A DNA stretch of 64,000 nt from Antedon mediterranea (taxonomy: Eukaryota; Animalia; Echinodermata): assembly GCF_964355755.1 (NCBI RefSeq), contig NC_092671.1:25494070-25558069 (forward strand), read 5' to 3'. The notes beneath the pieces were generated by a model that ran no database searches, was not told the origin of the DNA, and was given only the letters and a program-made list of their open reading frames with translations. Shown one piece after another: positions 1 through 13,800 of the stretch. Each line of letters starts with the position of its first letter. The first letter of the stretch is position 1. Made by a program: the position numbers and the translations under genes.

Positions 1-150
1 GTTGTAATCACAAATGGGAACCGACGATGCAACAGTGCTGCAAACATCGCAGGTTTGATTTCACGCAGGCGGAGGCAAACACAATTAAAAGGGCATTTTG
101 CTTACGTTACGTAGGTTGCGTTACGTTAAGTCGCTAGTGGGAACCATGCT
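1..150. mobile_element. Right end of a MITE related to the 3628-3806 element
   Basis: Ends GTTGCGTTACGTTAAGTCGCTAGTGGGAACCATGCT|TTA, the same terminal sequence as 3628-3806. Confidence 0.65.
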
Positions 151-3100
151 TTAGGCTTGACGCCACATGTGTTGCGTTAGGTATAACCTATAACATGCTA
201 ACGGAAGCCTTGGCGTGGTTACGCTTTGACGACACATGTGTGCTAACATACCACGCACACAGTAAACCTGTCAGAAGTAGTGGGTACTCTTGACGCCACC
301 ACCTGTGTGTGACTAAAGTTAGAAGTATTCTCATCTGTTTCCTGGTTCAATATTATCATTGGGCAATTTATAATGTGAACATTTAAATAAAGGTGGAGTT
401 TCTGAGATATTCCGATCATGTAGACCTACACCGTACAGGAAATTCTGTAGATTATCGTGGAATTAATAATCTCTAGAATCAATATGTAAATTCATGTAGG
501 CCTTATAAAAAATGTACACTAATTGTGCGTGCTACTGACTAGTACCGTGCTAGACATAATGTTAGTTAAAGTCGAATTTAATGATGTAACAAAACGTTAT
601 ATAAAGTAATTAGGCGAAGATTATCAGAGAAATGAAATACAAAAATTGTATTATCCTTTTTACAAATTTAAGTCAAGATTTTATGCAATCGGCTGTTTAT
701 AAGAGTAACCATGGTTATAAAAGGTAAACGTTAAAGGTAGTTTATCATCCTATTATTAAACTGTTTTTGTTATATTATATATATAATATGAATAACGCTT
801 TTGTTATGTTGTGTAAATTAGCAATAAATTGCAAAAAAAAGTTAGCACTATGTTACCGGAACGTGTATTTCATGATGTAGGCCTGCACATTGATTGACAT
901 ATAGGGCCTAACACATAAGCAGTATGTTGTTGTTCAGGGTCGCCCCACTCTCACTCCTACATTTTTAGAGTTTTAATGCAATGCACTTTATTCTATTGGA
1001 GGTTAATTTGACCAAATTAAGTCCAGTGCAATCGAGGTTCAAGACTAAAACTATCTTTTATTATTAATTAACTCGACATTTGGGAGAAGGAGAAATATTT
1101 AATTCGGTCCAGGAGGAAGAGATCATTCAATAAAATTGTATATCACTTATAAATACAGTATTTAGTTATATTATTTTTAAAATTGAAAATACAATTATAT
1201 TATTTGACGATACGGCGATAATTATAATTTTGTCTTATATCCTATATAATTATATTTATAACATATCTGTGTTATTAGATTTTATTTTACAACGACGAGA
1301 ATTTCATTAATTTTATATTATGTATGATATATTATATTTATTACGATAAGATAAAACGTTATTGTCATAACAGTATAGATACAGTTGATAAGCTTTGAAT
1401 GGTTTATGTGTCCACCAGTATGGGGCGCAATCTGAGACATGCAACAATACAGTACTGACTACATACCAAGCCCTAGCCTAGCCATAACGCGGGTTATGGT
1501 ACATGATTTGTAGTCAGTACTGTGTGTCGTTGAGGCGGCACATATATATTTAGATAATAGTCATCGCTAATTTATTTTAAAATATATTTAGTTACTACTG
1601 CGTTTTAAACAAATAATGTTCAGTATGCTTGGCTAGTGTGTGTTTCAGCGATTTGTAAACTTGATAGATAATGAAACAATGACTTCATTATATTATGATA
1701 ACATAAATCTATGCAGTAAGAGAGAGTAGACGTTTACGTGCAAATAAACGTGTTTACAATTTAAACTGTTATTCGTTGTTATTAATTTGGATGGATATTG
1801 ACGTACAGTACACTCAGAGCGGAGACATTACGGACGATATCACTACTTTTTCTCAAAGCAAAATTGAAAAAAAAAATCATTTTATTGCTGATATGTTCTT
1901 CTCGAAAACGGGCAAATTTCTACCTTTTTATATAACTCGTTACTATATAATCTTAAAATTATATAGTAATATAATCGCATAACAATTGAATTTTGTCACT
2001 TTTCGACAAAATCCTTTACTAGCTAGTTTTTCGACATATTGTAACTCGTTTCAAGATAATGACACAATATGCAAATATTATCGTATAGTAATTTAATTCA
2101 TATTTTTACTTTAATTGAATAATATTGTCTGCGCAATATGGCTATTTTTAAGGAAAAAAACAATTCCTGTACTATCATAGTATTTATTTAATTGGTCAAT
2201 TTTCTACCTTTTAATTTTTGACATACGTGTTATTATTGTGTCATAATGGACATGCGCATAATCGAATAATATGCTACCTAAATATTTCGATCCTTTTATT
2301 TTTTTTGACAAAAATGGTTACTATATTATAATATAATGTGACATGCGCATGTTACTTCAATATGACCATTTTTTTTTAAAGAAATTCCCTGTATTAGACG
2401 TATAGTATATTATACAAATCGAATACTAATGTGGTCTGCGCATGTTACCTCAACATGGCCATATCAAAATACTATAAAAGTACAGGGACATTTTTTAAAA
2501 ATTGCCAAATTTCGACCAATTGCTTACTATATCATAATTGACTTGCGCAAATCATATATGTGTTCTGCGCATGTTACGTCAACATACTTTAAGAAGTCTG
2601 TGTTTTGGCCAGAAAAATCCCTGTATGTCTATTAATAGTACAGGGAAATTTTCGAAGAAATTTGCTAAATGTTGAACGTTTTGCTTTTTGGCATAACGGG
2701 CTTCTATTATAATAATTGACATGCGCAGAGCGTCTCATAGTCTCATAGGAGAAACAATGATGCGCCCCGCTTTAAATAAACGCCCCGGAGCCTTAATTTA
2801 TTTCCTCAAATAAACTCCCCGCCACATGCATATATTAATTTTCTATTTTTAGTATTGACATGAGCTACAATTTACCAAGCAATTTTATACAGTTTTTACT
2901 GTATTTTATCACTTCTCGATATTAATATTTTTTTATATTAATGTTTTTACTTAATGGATTATTATTATCATAATTGACATGCGCAGATTAATGTGTTCCG
3001 CGCATATTACCTAAACATATTTTTAAAAGTCTATATTTCAATATAATCAAAGATTTTTTAAAAATGGCAAAATGTTTGTAGGTCTAGGTAACTGCTTACT

Positions 3101-3245
3101 ATAGCATAATAATTACATTTTTACATCAATATGGCAATTTTTTTAGATAATAAAATCCACCTGTTGTACAAGGATTTTTCTAAAAATATGGCAGCTATAA
3201 AATAAAACATAATTAAAGACACTGACAACTTGTTTATTACAAAGT

Positions 3246-3912
3246 GAGACACGTTTGATGTTAAGTGCGACATAAAACGTACGATACTTTTGATGCTAAG
3301 TGCGACATACAATGTGCGCGACACGTTTGATGCTAAGTGCGACATACAACAACGTACGACACTTTTGATGCTAAGTGCGACATACAAAGTGCGACACTTT
3401 TGATGCTAAGTGCGACATACAAAGTGCGCGACACGTTTGATGTTAAGTGCGACATACAAAGTGCGACACTTTTTATGCTAAGTGCGACATACAATGTGCG
3501 CGACACGTTTGATGCTAAGTGCGACATACAAAGTGCGCGACACGTTTGATGCTAAGTGCGACATACAAAGTGCGACACTTTTGATGCTAAGTGCGACATA
3601 CAATGTGCGCGACACGTTTGATGCTAAAGCGTGGTTCCCACTAGCGACGCAACGCAAGGACGTAACGCAACAAAAGTGAATTGACCAATCACAAGCGATG
3701 GCTTATTCGCTTGTGATTGCTAACTGTCTATAACTTCGCTTGTCCTTGGTTAAAACAATTGCGTTGCGTTTACGTCCTTGCGTTACGTTCTAGTGGGAAC
3801 CAAGCTTTAGTGCGACATACAAAGTGCGACACTTTTGATGCTAAGTGCGACATACAAAGTGCAACACTTTTGATGCGAAGTGCGACATACAACGTGCGAT
3901 ACTTTTGATGGT
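3246..3912. repeat. About 36-38-bp satellite (GACACTTTTGATGCTAAGTGCGACATACAAAGTGC)
   Basis: About 13 tandem copies, interrupted by the MITE at 3628-3806; source of the spurious ORFs at 3121-4123. Confidence 0.92.
3628..3806. mobile_element. PIF/Harbinger-like MITE inserted in a satellite array
   Basis: TIR AGCGTGGTTCCCACTAG / CTAGTGGGAACCAAGCT, flanked by TAA/TTA; it interrupts the satellite unit GATGC-TAA-GTGCGAC. Confidence 0.8.
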
Positions 3913-4859
3913 GAGTGTGACAGGTATTATTAAGTGCGGCGAGTTTGTGAGATGGTCAATGTTTGAAAAATCAACAAAAATATACATTTTAAATTTATGC
4001 AAAAATATTGTATTGTATTATGTATTATATTACTTCGCCTCTTTGAATAGAACGGTTAATCTTTCAACACATGACAATATTATACCAATGGATGAAAATA
4101 TTACACTCATTATTCGTTATTAAAATAGTAAGTGGTCTATTTAGGATTTGTTGTATGTGATGGTGTACAATCCGTTATGACGTATGCATAAACTTTTTTT
4201 TCCTAAACTTTATATGAAATACCAGTCACGAGGTACTAAATTGTGAGACTATGATCTTTGTAATGAATGCAAAGGCTTGTTAGCACTGCCTAATTCCCGC
4301 CATTTAAATACTTATTATAATGTATAGTTATACAATAATATTGAATTGACTTGTAACCATAACAAACATTAATTGCAGAAATAGCCATGGACAATCCATG
4401 GCGACGAGTTATCATTTTAATTGAGTTACAATTACAGAATTGGCGCAGAGAAAAATATAACAATAAGATTTATTATTACCAATTTATTTTATTGTTACTG
4501 AAGTGTTGTCATCCATTTAAATACGTTTGAATTTCGATTAAAAAATTAATTGTGTGGTTAAAGTACTCGTTATTTAAAGTAATTCGGGTAAAGATAATAA
4601 TATGAAGTGAGGAAAGTAGCAATAACAGAAATTGTAGAAAGGGTTTTAGTTGTTTGGCGAAATAGGATTAAAACTGTATAAAAATAATAGCATTTTATTA
4701 TTATAATTTCTTTTTAAATAACATTCTTAACAACCAATTTAGTTGATATCATGTTTATTCATTTGAATAATATAAATTCTTAATTTATATGCCCATCATA
4801 ATTTATTAATTTACATAATAATATTTTCATAATCTATATTGTCATAATACAAGTATTAA

Positions 4860-7800
4860 TTAATGCATTTTATATGGAATCTCTTTTGGTTGACAACTGT
4901 ATCCGTAGCGGACAGCGGATGAATATGCACAGAAAACTTTCTGGAAACGGGTCTGAAGAAGTTTTGAATTGATGTGATTTGGCTTTAATTTACGCCAATA
5001 TTTAATGGTTTCCTGCGCTTTCGCGTCACTCATTTCTTTATTAAAAGCCTTCGTAGCATGCTGGATCTGAAAATAAATGAAAATAAACAATAATAGGTTA
5101 CAAATTCAGTCGAGTCAAATGGCCGAGCTGTTAAAGACAGGGAGCCGCAAACCATAGTTACAATGGTCTAAAACTGCAATAAAACAATAAGAAGCAGAAA
5201 AGCATGAGATAATACATTCATTGGGGTCCTGAAATTAAACAGTAATAACAATTGTAATAAAAATGTAGAATTCAATTGAAATAAACCCATAGTTAGTAAA
5301 CCTTCCCGTGGGTCGATGAATGCTGTTTTACCAATTTAAAAAATATGCTGACAAAACTGTTATTTTAAAACCACTTGGAAGTTTATTCCATTCCTTTATG
5401 TATGTATAGTAAAATGTGACTTCAATAATATTTGTTGTTTTTGGTTGGATGAAGTTGACACATTACTTAAAAAAAGTTAAGATTTGAGTACGGTGTAGCC
5501 AGTTAAGTACAATCTTATGGCATAAGTTATTCGAAAATGTCACGAGTCATAATTATACCATGGAGGGATAAAACTCCTTCCCCTGTATTCTCAAATAGAG
5601 TTAATAATATTAGGCCTACCACTCGTAACTTTTTGATAATTATAACATTCGTTGCCATAGTCATTTAAATAATTTTAATTTACCCAAAACGTGGTCAATA
5701 ACGATATTTGTTGGCCTTATGGCAAAGTTAGGGATTATAAAAAGGAATGAGTTATTACAGAATAGTCTTCTTGGATAAGGACTTAAAACTGGAAGTCTAG
5801 TTTACACATTAAAGAACCCAGTACATCTTTCGGAAGAGTAGGACTCTAGGAGGTTCCCCCGGTGTATTGGTCCTTTCAGCCACTGACAGACGAACGGACG
5901 CCGTTTGGTGGCAGACCCTTAGAGAGTAGAAAGTTGTGGTATGCGCAATTCAGCCGAGTAGACTGAACGTCGCAGGTTATACCCCCATTACATAGCCAGT
6001 GGTACAAATCTCCATCAGATTACAATTGCACTCGTATACGGGAGCATTTCTAGTTTTTTTTTAATGTTCTGAAAAGATGATGATAAACACTGTATACTGC
6101 GGGTATGACAATGGAACCGTAATTACGTAGCCATAACATCGGCAGGGGTTCGAGGCTCACTCACTCCATGGTTCTGGTGGTAGAACGAGTCTTCTCGGAT
6201 AAGGACTATAAACCGTAGGTCCAGTGTACACATCTAGCTCGTGTGCGCTTTAAAGAACCTAGTACATCTTTCGAGACGAGTAGGGGGTTACCCCGGTGTA
6301 TTAGTACATCACAGCCACTGATCACCAACTGAGACCAGTCTTTGACTGAAGAGGTTACCCAGTATAAATATAAATTTCAATCAATCAATTAATTATCATG
6401 AAAATAATATTCGATTAGAAAAAAGTTAATTTGTTGTTTTATTACCGTAATCTAAAACAGTCGATTTCTATTTTTAGAGGTAAATCATCTTCTATATTAA
6501 CTTTTAATTAACTATTGATATTGTCGACTGTAAATTTTATAATTATATTATTAATTAATCCATCTACAATATTTCTAACCCTAATTTGACACTCATTTGT
6601 ATAATTATCAATATCCATAGAAACGAACTGCAAAGTTCGTGTTTATCACCGATTGTGTGGTTTACAGCTGTACGAGACATAATGAACATTGTTAGTAATG
6701 ACATCGGTACGGGCCACTAGACGACGGCGTTACGAGACATCATGAGCATTGTTAATAATGACATCGGTACGGGCCACTAGACGACGGCGTTACGAGACAT
6801 CATGAGCATTGTTAATAATGACATCGGTACGGGCCACTAGACGACGGCGTTACGAGACAGTATGAACATTGTTAATAATGAACATTGTTAATAATGACAT
6901 CGGTACGGGCCACTAGACGACGGCGTTACGAGACAGTATGAACATTGTTAATAATGAACATTGTTAATAATGGCATCGGTACGGGCCACTAGACGACGGC
7001 GTTACGAGACAGTATGAACATTGTTAATAATGAACATTGTTAATAATGACATCGGTACGGGCCACTAGACGACGGCGTTACGAGACATCATGAGCATTGT
7101 TAATAATGAACATTGTTAATAATGACATCGACACGGGCCACCAGACGACGGCGTTACGAGACATCATGAGCATTGTTAATAATGAACATTGTTAATAATG
7201 GCATCGGTACGGGCCACTAGACGACGGCGTTACGAGACAGTATGAACATTGTTAATAATGAACATTGTTAATAATGACATCGGTACGGGCCACTAGACGA
7301 CGGCGTTACGAGACATAATGAACATTGTTAATAATGACATCGGTACGGGCCACCAGACGACGGCGTTACGAGACATCATGAGCATTGTTAATAATGAACA
7401 TTGTTAATAATGGCATCGGTACGGGCCACTAGACGACGGCGTTACGAGACATCATGAGCATTGTTAATAATGAACATTGTTAATAATGGCATCGGTACGG
7501 GCCACCAGACGACGGCGTTACGAGACATCATGAGCATTGTTAATAATGAACATTGTTAATAATGGCATCGGTACGGGCCACTAGACGACGGCGTTACGAG
7601 ACATCATGAGCATTGTTAATAATGACATCGGTACGGGCCACTAGACGACGGCGTTACGAGACAGTATGAACATTGTTAATAATGAACATTGTTAATAATG
7701 ACATCGGTACGGGCCACTAGACGACGGCGTTACGAGACAGTATGAACATTGTTAATAATGAACATTGTTAATAATGGCATCGGTACGGGCCACTAGACGA

Positions 7801-10800
7801 CGGCGTTACGAGACAGTATGAACATTGTTAATAATGAACATTGTTAATAATGACATCGGTACGGGCCACTAGACGACGGCGTTACGAGACATCATGAGCA
7901 TTGTTAATAATGAACATTGTTAATAATGACATCGGTACGGGCCACTAGACGACGGCGTTACGAGACATAATGAACATTGTTAATAATGACATCGGCACGG
8001 GCCACTAGACGACGGCGTTACGAGACATCATGAGCATTGTTAATAATGAACATTGTTAATAATGACATCGACACGGGCCACCAGACGACGGCGTTACGAG
8101 ACATCATGAGCATTGTTAATAATGAACATTGTTAATAATGGCATCGGTACGGGCCACTAGACGACGGCGTTACGAGACAGTATGAACATTGTTAATAATG
8201 AACATTGTTAATAATGACATCGGTACGGGCCACTAGACGACGGCGTTACGAGACATAATGAACATTGTTAATAATGACATCGGTACGGGCCACCAGACGA
8301 CGGCGTTACGAGACATCATGAGCATTGTTAATAATGAACATTGTTAATAATGGCATCGGTACGGGCCACTAGACGACGGCGTTACGAGACATCATGAGCA
8401 TTGTTAATAATGAACATTGTTAATAATGGCATCGGTACGGGCCACTAGACGACGGCGTTACGAGACATAATGAACATTGTTAATAATGACATCGACACGG
8501 GCCACCAGACGACGGCGTTACGAGACATCATGAGCATTGTTAATAATGAACATTGTTAATAATGGCATCGGTACGGGCCACTAGACGACGGCGTTACGAG
8601 ACAGTATGAACATTGTTAATAATGAACATTGTTAATAATGATATCGGTACGACGGTGTTACATTGCCACAACGCAACCACGTAATAGGGGTAACCGATCT
8701 TGTACTGTACTTGTAATTGCATTGTAATTTTATTAATAAATAAAGTAACTTTTATTACAATAAATCGTACTTACATTTTTACGGATTTTTGGCAGATCTT
8801 CCATTGTTAAGGCAGTATTTTTCTTTCCTAAGAATATAAGTCGTCCAGCAATACTTTTAGCCCTGTGGCTAACCCATCCTAAACGAGGTGTGTGAAGCTC
8901 GCCTCCTCCTGCTAAGGCGTTTGGATTGTTGATTACACTTGAATTTAATTTAGAATGCTATTAAAATAAAGACAATAAGTAAGATATTAATGTTATAAAT
9001 TGTTAAAAACGTTACAACATACGCGAATAGTTTGAGGAAAATTCGTAAAGCTCTGTCTACACAATCAAACTTGATGTGACAAAAAAAGTGATGTGCCAAT
9101 ACATGGACACGATGATGTCATTACCATATTGGGCACATCAAACATTTTTATAGTTGCCACTGTCATACAAGAAATGGCCACCACTGCCTATACATGAAAT
9201 GGCCACTACACTGTTCATAAATGGTGGCCGCCACTGTCTATAAGAAGAAAGTAACCATCCTTTATTTCTATTTCTTTATTATTAAGCTTTGTTAAATGAG
9301 GGTTACTTAAAAATCTGCAAAAGCTGACATGCATGACGTCCTAAAAATCATCACTGTCTATACAAAATATATGGCACTGCTTAAATACATGAGGTAGCCA
9401 CCGCCCACTGTATAAATAAGTGGTTCCTACTGCCACTGCATGTGCAAGAAGTGAGTAGCACTATTGATCACTGCCAAAAGGTGAATTATTTATTTTTTAA
9501 TTTTATTTTCAATCTTTCTACATAACAAAAAATATAAAGTATAACAGGGGAGTAGTGGAAAAGCAAAAGTAATAAAACTGTCATCTTGTGATGTGCTTGA
9601 CCAGCCCCTGTCAACTAGGACGATACAATAAAACCGATCACTACTTATAAAAGAGATGGTGGTAATAAGTTGTAACTTTCTATATGAGGGGTTATAACAA
9701 GAAGAATACAATACATGATAGTGGTTTGCTGTAAATTACCGTATGGATGACGATCTAATAATAACACATTTCTAATAAGGTTAATTGAGAATATCGATAT
9801 GTCTCGAGTGACATGTTTTGGTAAATCTGAGACTACCATTATTAATATTAGTATTAATCGAATGACGTCATACTTACACTTATCGTATTATACTACAAAA
9901 AATTGATTTATTGTAAAATGAACAACGTTGGGCTATTAAACGGGAACTATTTCATATAGTACAATTAGACTTGTATTATGATTGAGTATGCAATGAGTAT
10001 AATCTTGGAAAGACGATAGTAGCGCTCTGATTCACCAACAAATAAACAGATCGATCAATGTTCAAGAGTCGGGGCTTAATTACTACTTGGCAAAATGCTT
10101 GCAAAAATAACTTCATAATGTTCAAGTTATCCTTCAAAATGGGATGTTTTTAGGCGCAGTCCTCCAGTCGGACTTGTTTCCAATTTAGAGATGGAATTGG
10201 GGAGGTGTGTTGGGGGGAGAGCGGGTTATGTATGAACCAATAGTGGATTTACTCGTCGAAGGTACGCTAATTCGTACCTTCGACGAGTACCTATAACGCT
10301 CATTTGTAGTAAAGTAAAATAAAGCAAAACTGTGGCCAAAGATAACAATAAGCCTAACCACCACAAAGAGAATTTAACATAGGGCCTACTTGATACAGTA
10401 GGGCCTAGGGGAAGAATCTAAGGTCAGGGAACTAGACTCAAAATTCCGGTTGTTTCGATGGTACGTGTGCCCCTAGATGGGCCCGGTGTATTATTAGTTT
10501 TCTTTCGTCTCAGAAATCGCGGGTCTGACCATCGGTAAGGTGTTTTAAGCGCTCATTGAATTGTATTCTACCATATCTGAAAGGTCAGGCCAGCCGCCAT
10601 TATACGGAGATAAAATTCAATAGTTACCGTTGATTCAACAGCTTCCTTTTTATTCTCCTGTTCTTCCTCTTTCTGGAGCGATTCTCTGGATCGATGCATA
10701 TTGATTATCAATCGAATCTTACCAGTTCGACCTTTAGGCAAATCCGTTGCGATTGGCTTTTCTTTCTTGGTGACCGCGCGTCGGGCCGCTTTCACTGAAT

Positions 10801-13800
10801 GCAATAAGTAAAGCGGCTCGGCATAGGGACTATGGTAGTTGTTATCTGTGTAAAAAAAGGTGTTTTTTTAAATTTCAATTACTGCATAATACATGAATTA
10901 TATAGTAAAGATTAATATGCCTATTAATGAATCACGTATTAGACAAAATACATCGACCAAAAATTGTAATTTCTCCGGCACAATAATGACAACCGGGATT
11001 CATTAACATTTACGTTATTTTTTTTCTTTTCTACGTTCATATCGAGCTGAGCAGCAATTTGTTTAAAAGCCTGCTACATATCATAAAAGTAGTTTTATCA
11101 TTATATATTATTCTTTTGTACTTTAATTCGTGGTTTAACATTTAAAAGTGAAATTGCAATACTCGAGTGATGACATTAATTTAAATAAAGGAAGAATCAA
11201 TAACAATGCTTTGTGTAGACGTCGACCAATGAACAGCCTGAGAACTGGAAGGGTTTCAGTATTTGAATTGAAGGCACTATACACCATACAAAGGCACTCG
11301 TTAAAATTCAATTTATTGACGGTAATGACGTAATTTTAATCGATTACATTAGTGTCGGAAATTCAATATATTCTTTCTACTACCGTATATGACGTAAATT
11401 CTAATAAGTCAAATTATAAGGCGGGCACATTTTATTACTATCAATAATTTACCTCGATTGCTTTGTCGGATTCTGTCTAAATGCTCCTGCAACTGTTTCT
11501 CTGTCAGGCCTATTAATCGTGCACCGGCCGCGTAGTGACTCACAACGTGTGGCGCATTCATTCTTTTGTATTTCTTATGGAAATAACTAAATAAAGAAAA
11601 CGTTTAAGAAATGCAATTATCAATATGATCATTTCAATAACACCAACAACGTCATCTAGTATGTTTGTTTTTAATACTAAATTTATGAAAGGGAAATCTA
11701 TACCCATTATTAGTGCTGTATCCACATACCATCTCCATGACATGGTGCCTGTACCATGTGTATGGTAGGTTATGGGTTGATAAAACCCGATACTGTGAAA
11801 ATATAGGAATCTAACCGGCCATAATCACCAATTTCCCCCGTTTTACCATTCACTTTAATTTCTTTGACGGTCATCAGCGATTACTTTAAATCAATGATCA
11901 TGTTTAAGAATGTGAAAGCCCAAACGAATGAGATGAAGAATGAATGAATGGATAGTATTAAGAATGGATAAGTATGCGTTATGAGTTGATGTGTATATAA
12001 TGATTTAGAAGGAAAGATGATTAATTTAAAAAAAAACGATATTGCTTTTATACTAGGTTGACTTGTCAATGTTATGCATGTGAAACTTGTACACTGACTA
12101 ACTCAAGCTGCAAAAATATCAATGCATTTAGGAATGTTGTCGGCGAAGAATGATGACACCACTTGGAGTAGTTTGGACGAGTGTATCTAACTAGGATGAA
12201 GCATTACGCAGGAGAGTCCTAATAATGTGTGCCTCTCACACACGAGTGTACGATATCCTTACCATTACAGTATAGTATGCCATACTAGACAGACAGTATG
12301 GATGACATGATGAGAGAATATATGGAGGTATGTTAAAGGTGAAGATGAATGAATTGTTACAAATAGATGTGGTCATGTGAGGTTACAAAAAAAAAACAAT
12401 CGCAGAAAAAAATTATTATTTTTTTTACCCGACAAGCTCATCCATCTGTTTAAGAGCAGACTTCTTCATAAATTGTGTCAGTGCATCAAAGAGAAGATGC
12501 TCTCGACCAGAGTCTTGCTTCGGCAGTTCCTCGTCATTCTGAGCGGCTTTTAAAGATAAAAGATGGCTTACATCTCAGTCAAAAATTAACATATCTATTT
12601 TTCAATATATAAGTTTACGTAATATGTGTCTATTACAGTAAAAACAGAAAGAGGATGGTGTCAGTGAATATGTAACCAGGATTGAGGTAGGGAGAGTGTC
12701 TGTAAAAGGCTTGTAGAACCTTGCTAGCAATTCAATGTTGGTAAGGCTTTGATTAATTAGTTAATCAATAAAACATACTTTTATTGTATAAACCTTACCA
12801 AACATTTCCAGAAATTTTTCTGTATTGGTCATCAAAGTAAGAAACTCCTGAAAGTCAATTTCTCCGTTACCTAAAAAAAAAAAAAAAAAAATCATTAATA
12901 AATACAACAGCGTTTATTTTTCTGATTTTAAGTTATCAATTAATTCAATAAACAATTGAATTTTCATCGAATTTGTATTATATACTATGATATAGAATCA
13001 TAATCTCTACGGTTTAATTATTCCGATCCGCTATTTATCGATATTCTCAATACAAAATGTTTATTTTTATACGACAATGTTTCATTATCTTACCGTCGAC
13101 ATCAATTTGGGAAAGGACATCTTCGATTTCCTTATGTGAGATGTAGATATCTACCGATTCTAGTGCAGAATGCAGCTCGTCTGCGTTGATAGACCCCCCG
13201 CCATTAGTATCGAACAGATCGAATACTTCCTGGAAAGCTGTATGATAAGAAGAGAGGAATTTGGAAAACAGAAATATATTGAAATAGTTCATGTCTTTTC
13301 TTTAGTCATCCAAACTGCAGTAAAGCAAAGTTAATTTTACCAACAGAGATCGTTTTTTTTTTAAATTTAGGCAATGCTTCTCATGTTAAGATAGGAGTAG
13401 GGGTTACGCCGGTGGATTGGTTTATTGTATGTGCATAGACGAATAACGCTCTTTGATTCAGATATTTACGACACGAAGAAACCTTTAGGAAGAAGAAATA
13501 GTGTTATCCACGCCTGTGTGCAATTCAGTTATTCCCACACATTTACATTATTAAGTAGATATGATATAAAGCTTGGTGGTAGTAAAGGCCAACTCAGACA
13601 GCATCGTACGATGAGGCCCGTCTTGAATCGTCGATGCTGATTCCCGAGGAGACGATTCATTTTGAGATAGTGTAGCGTCGGGTGTTGTTTTTAGGTCGTC
13701 AGGAGAACTTTCTCCGACGAGACGTCGCACGACGCTGTCTAAGTTGGCCTTAAGTCTATCGACTTCCAATATCTAACCTTCAATTTGCTTGCTGGTGAGG

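Noticed and set aside
3121-4123. Cluster of overlapping ORFs on both strands
   Set aside because: Generated by the 36-38-bp satellite and the inserted MITE.
6672-8652. CRISPR-like array
   Set aside because: The variable part is one or two copies of the same 16-mer; this is a minisatellite.
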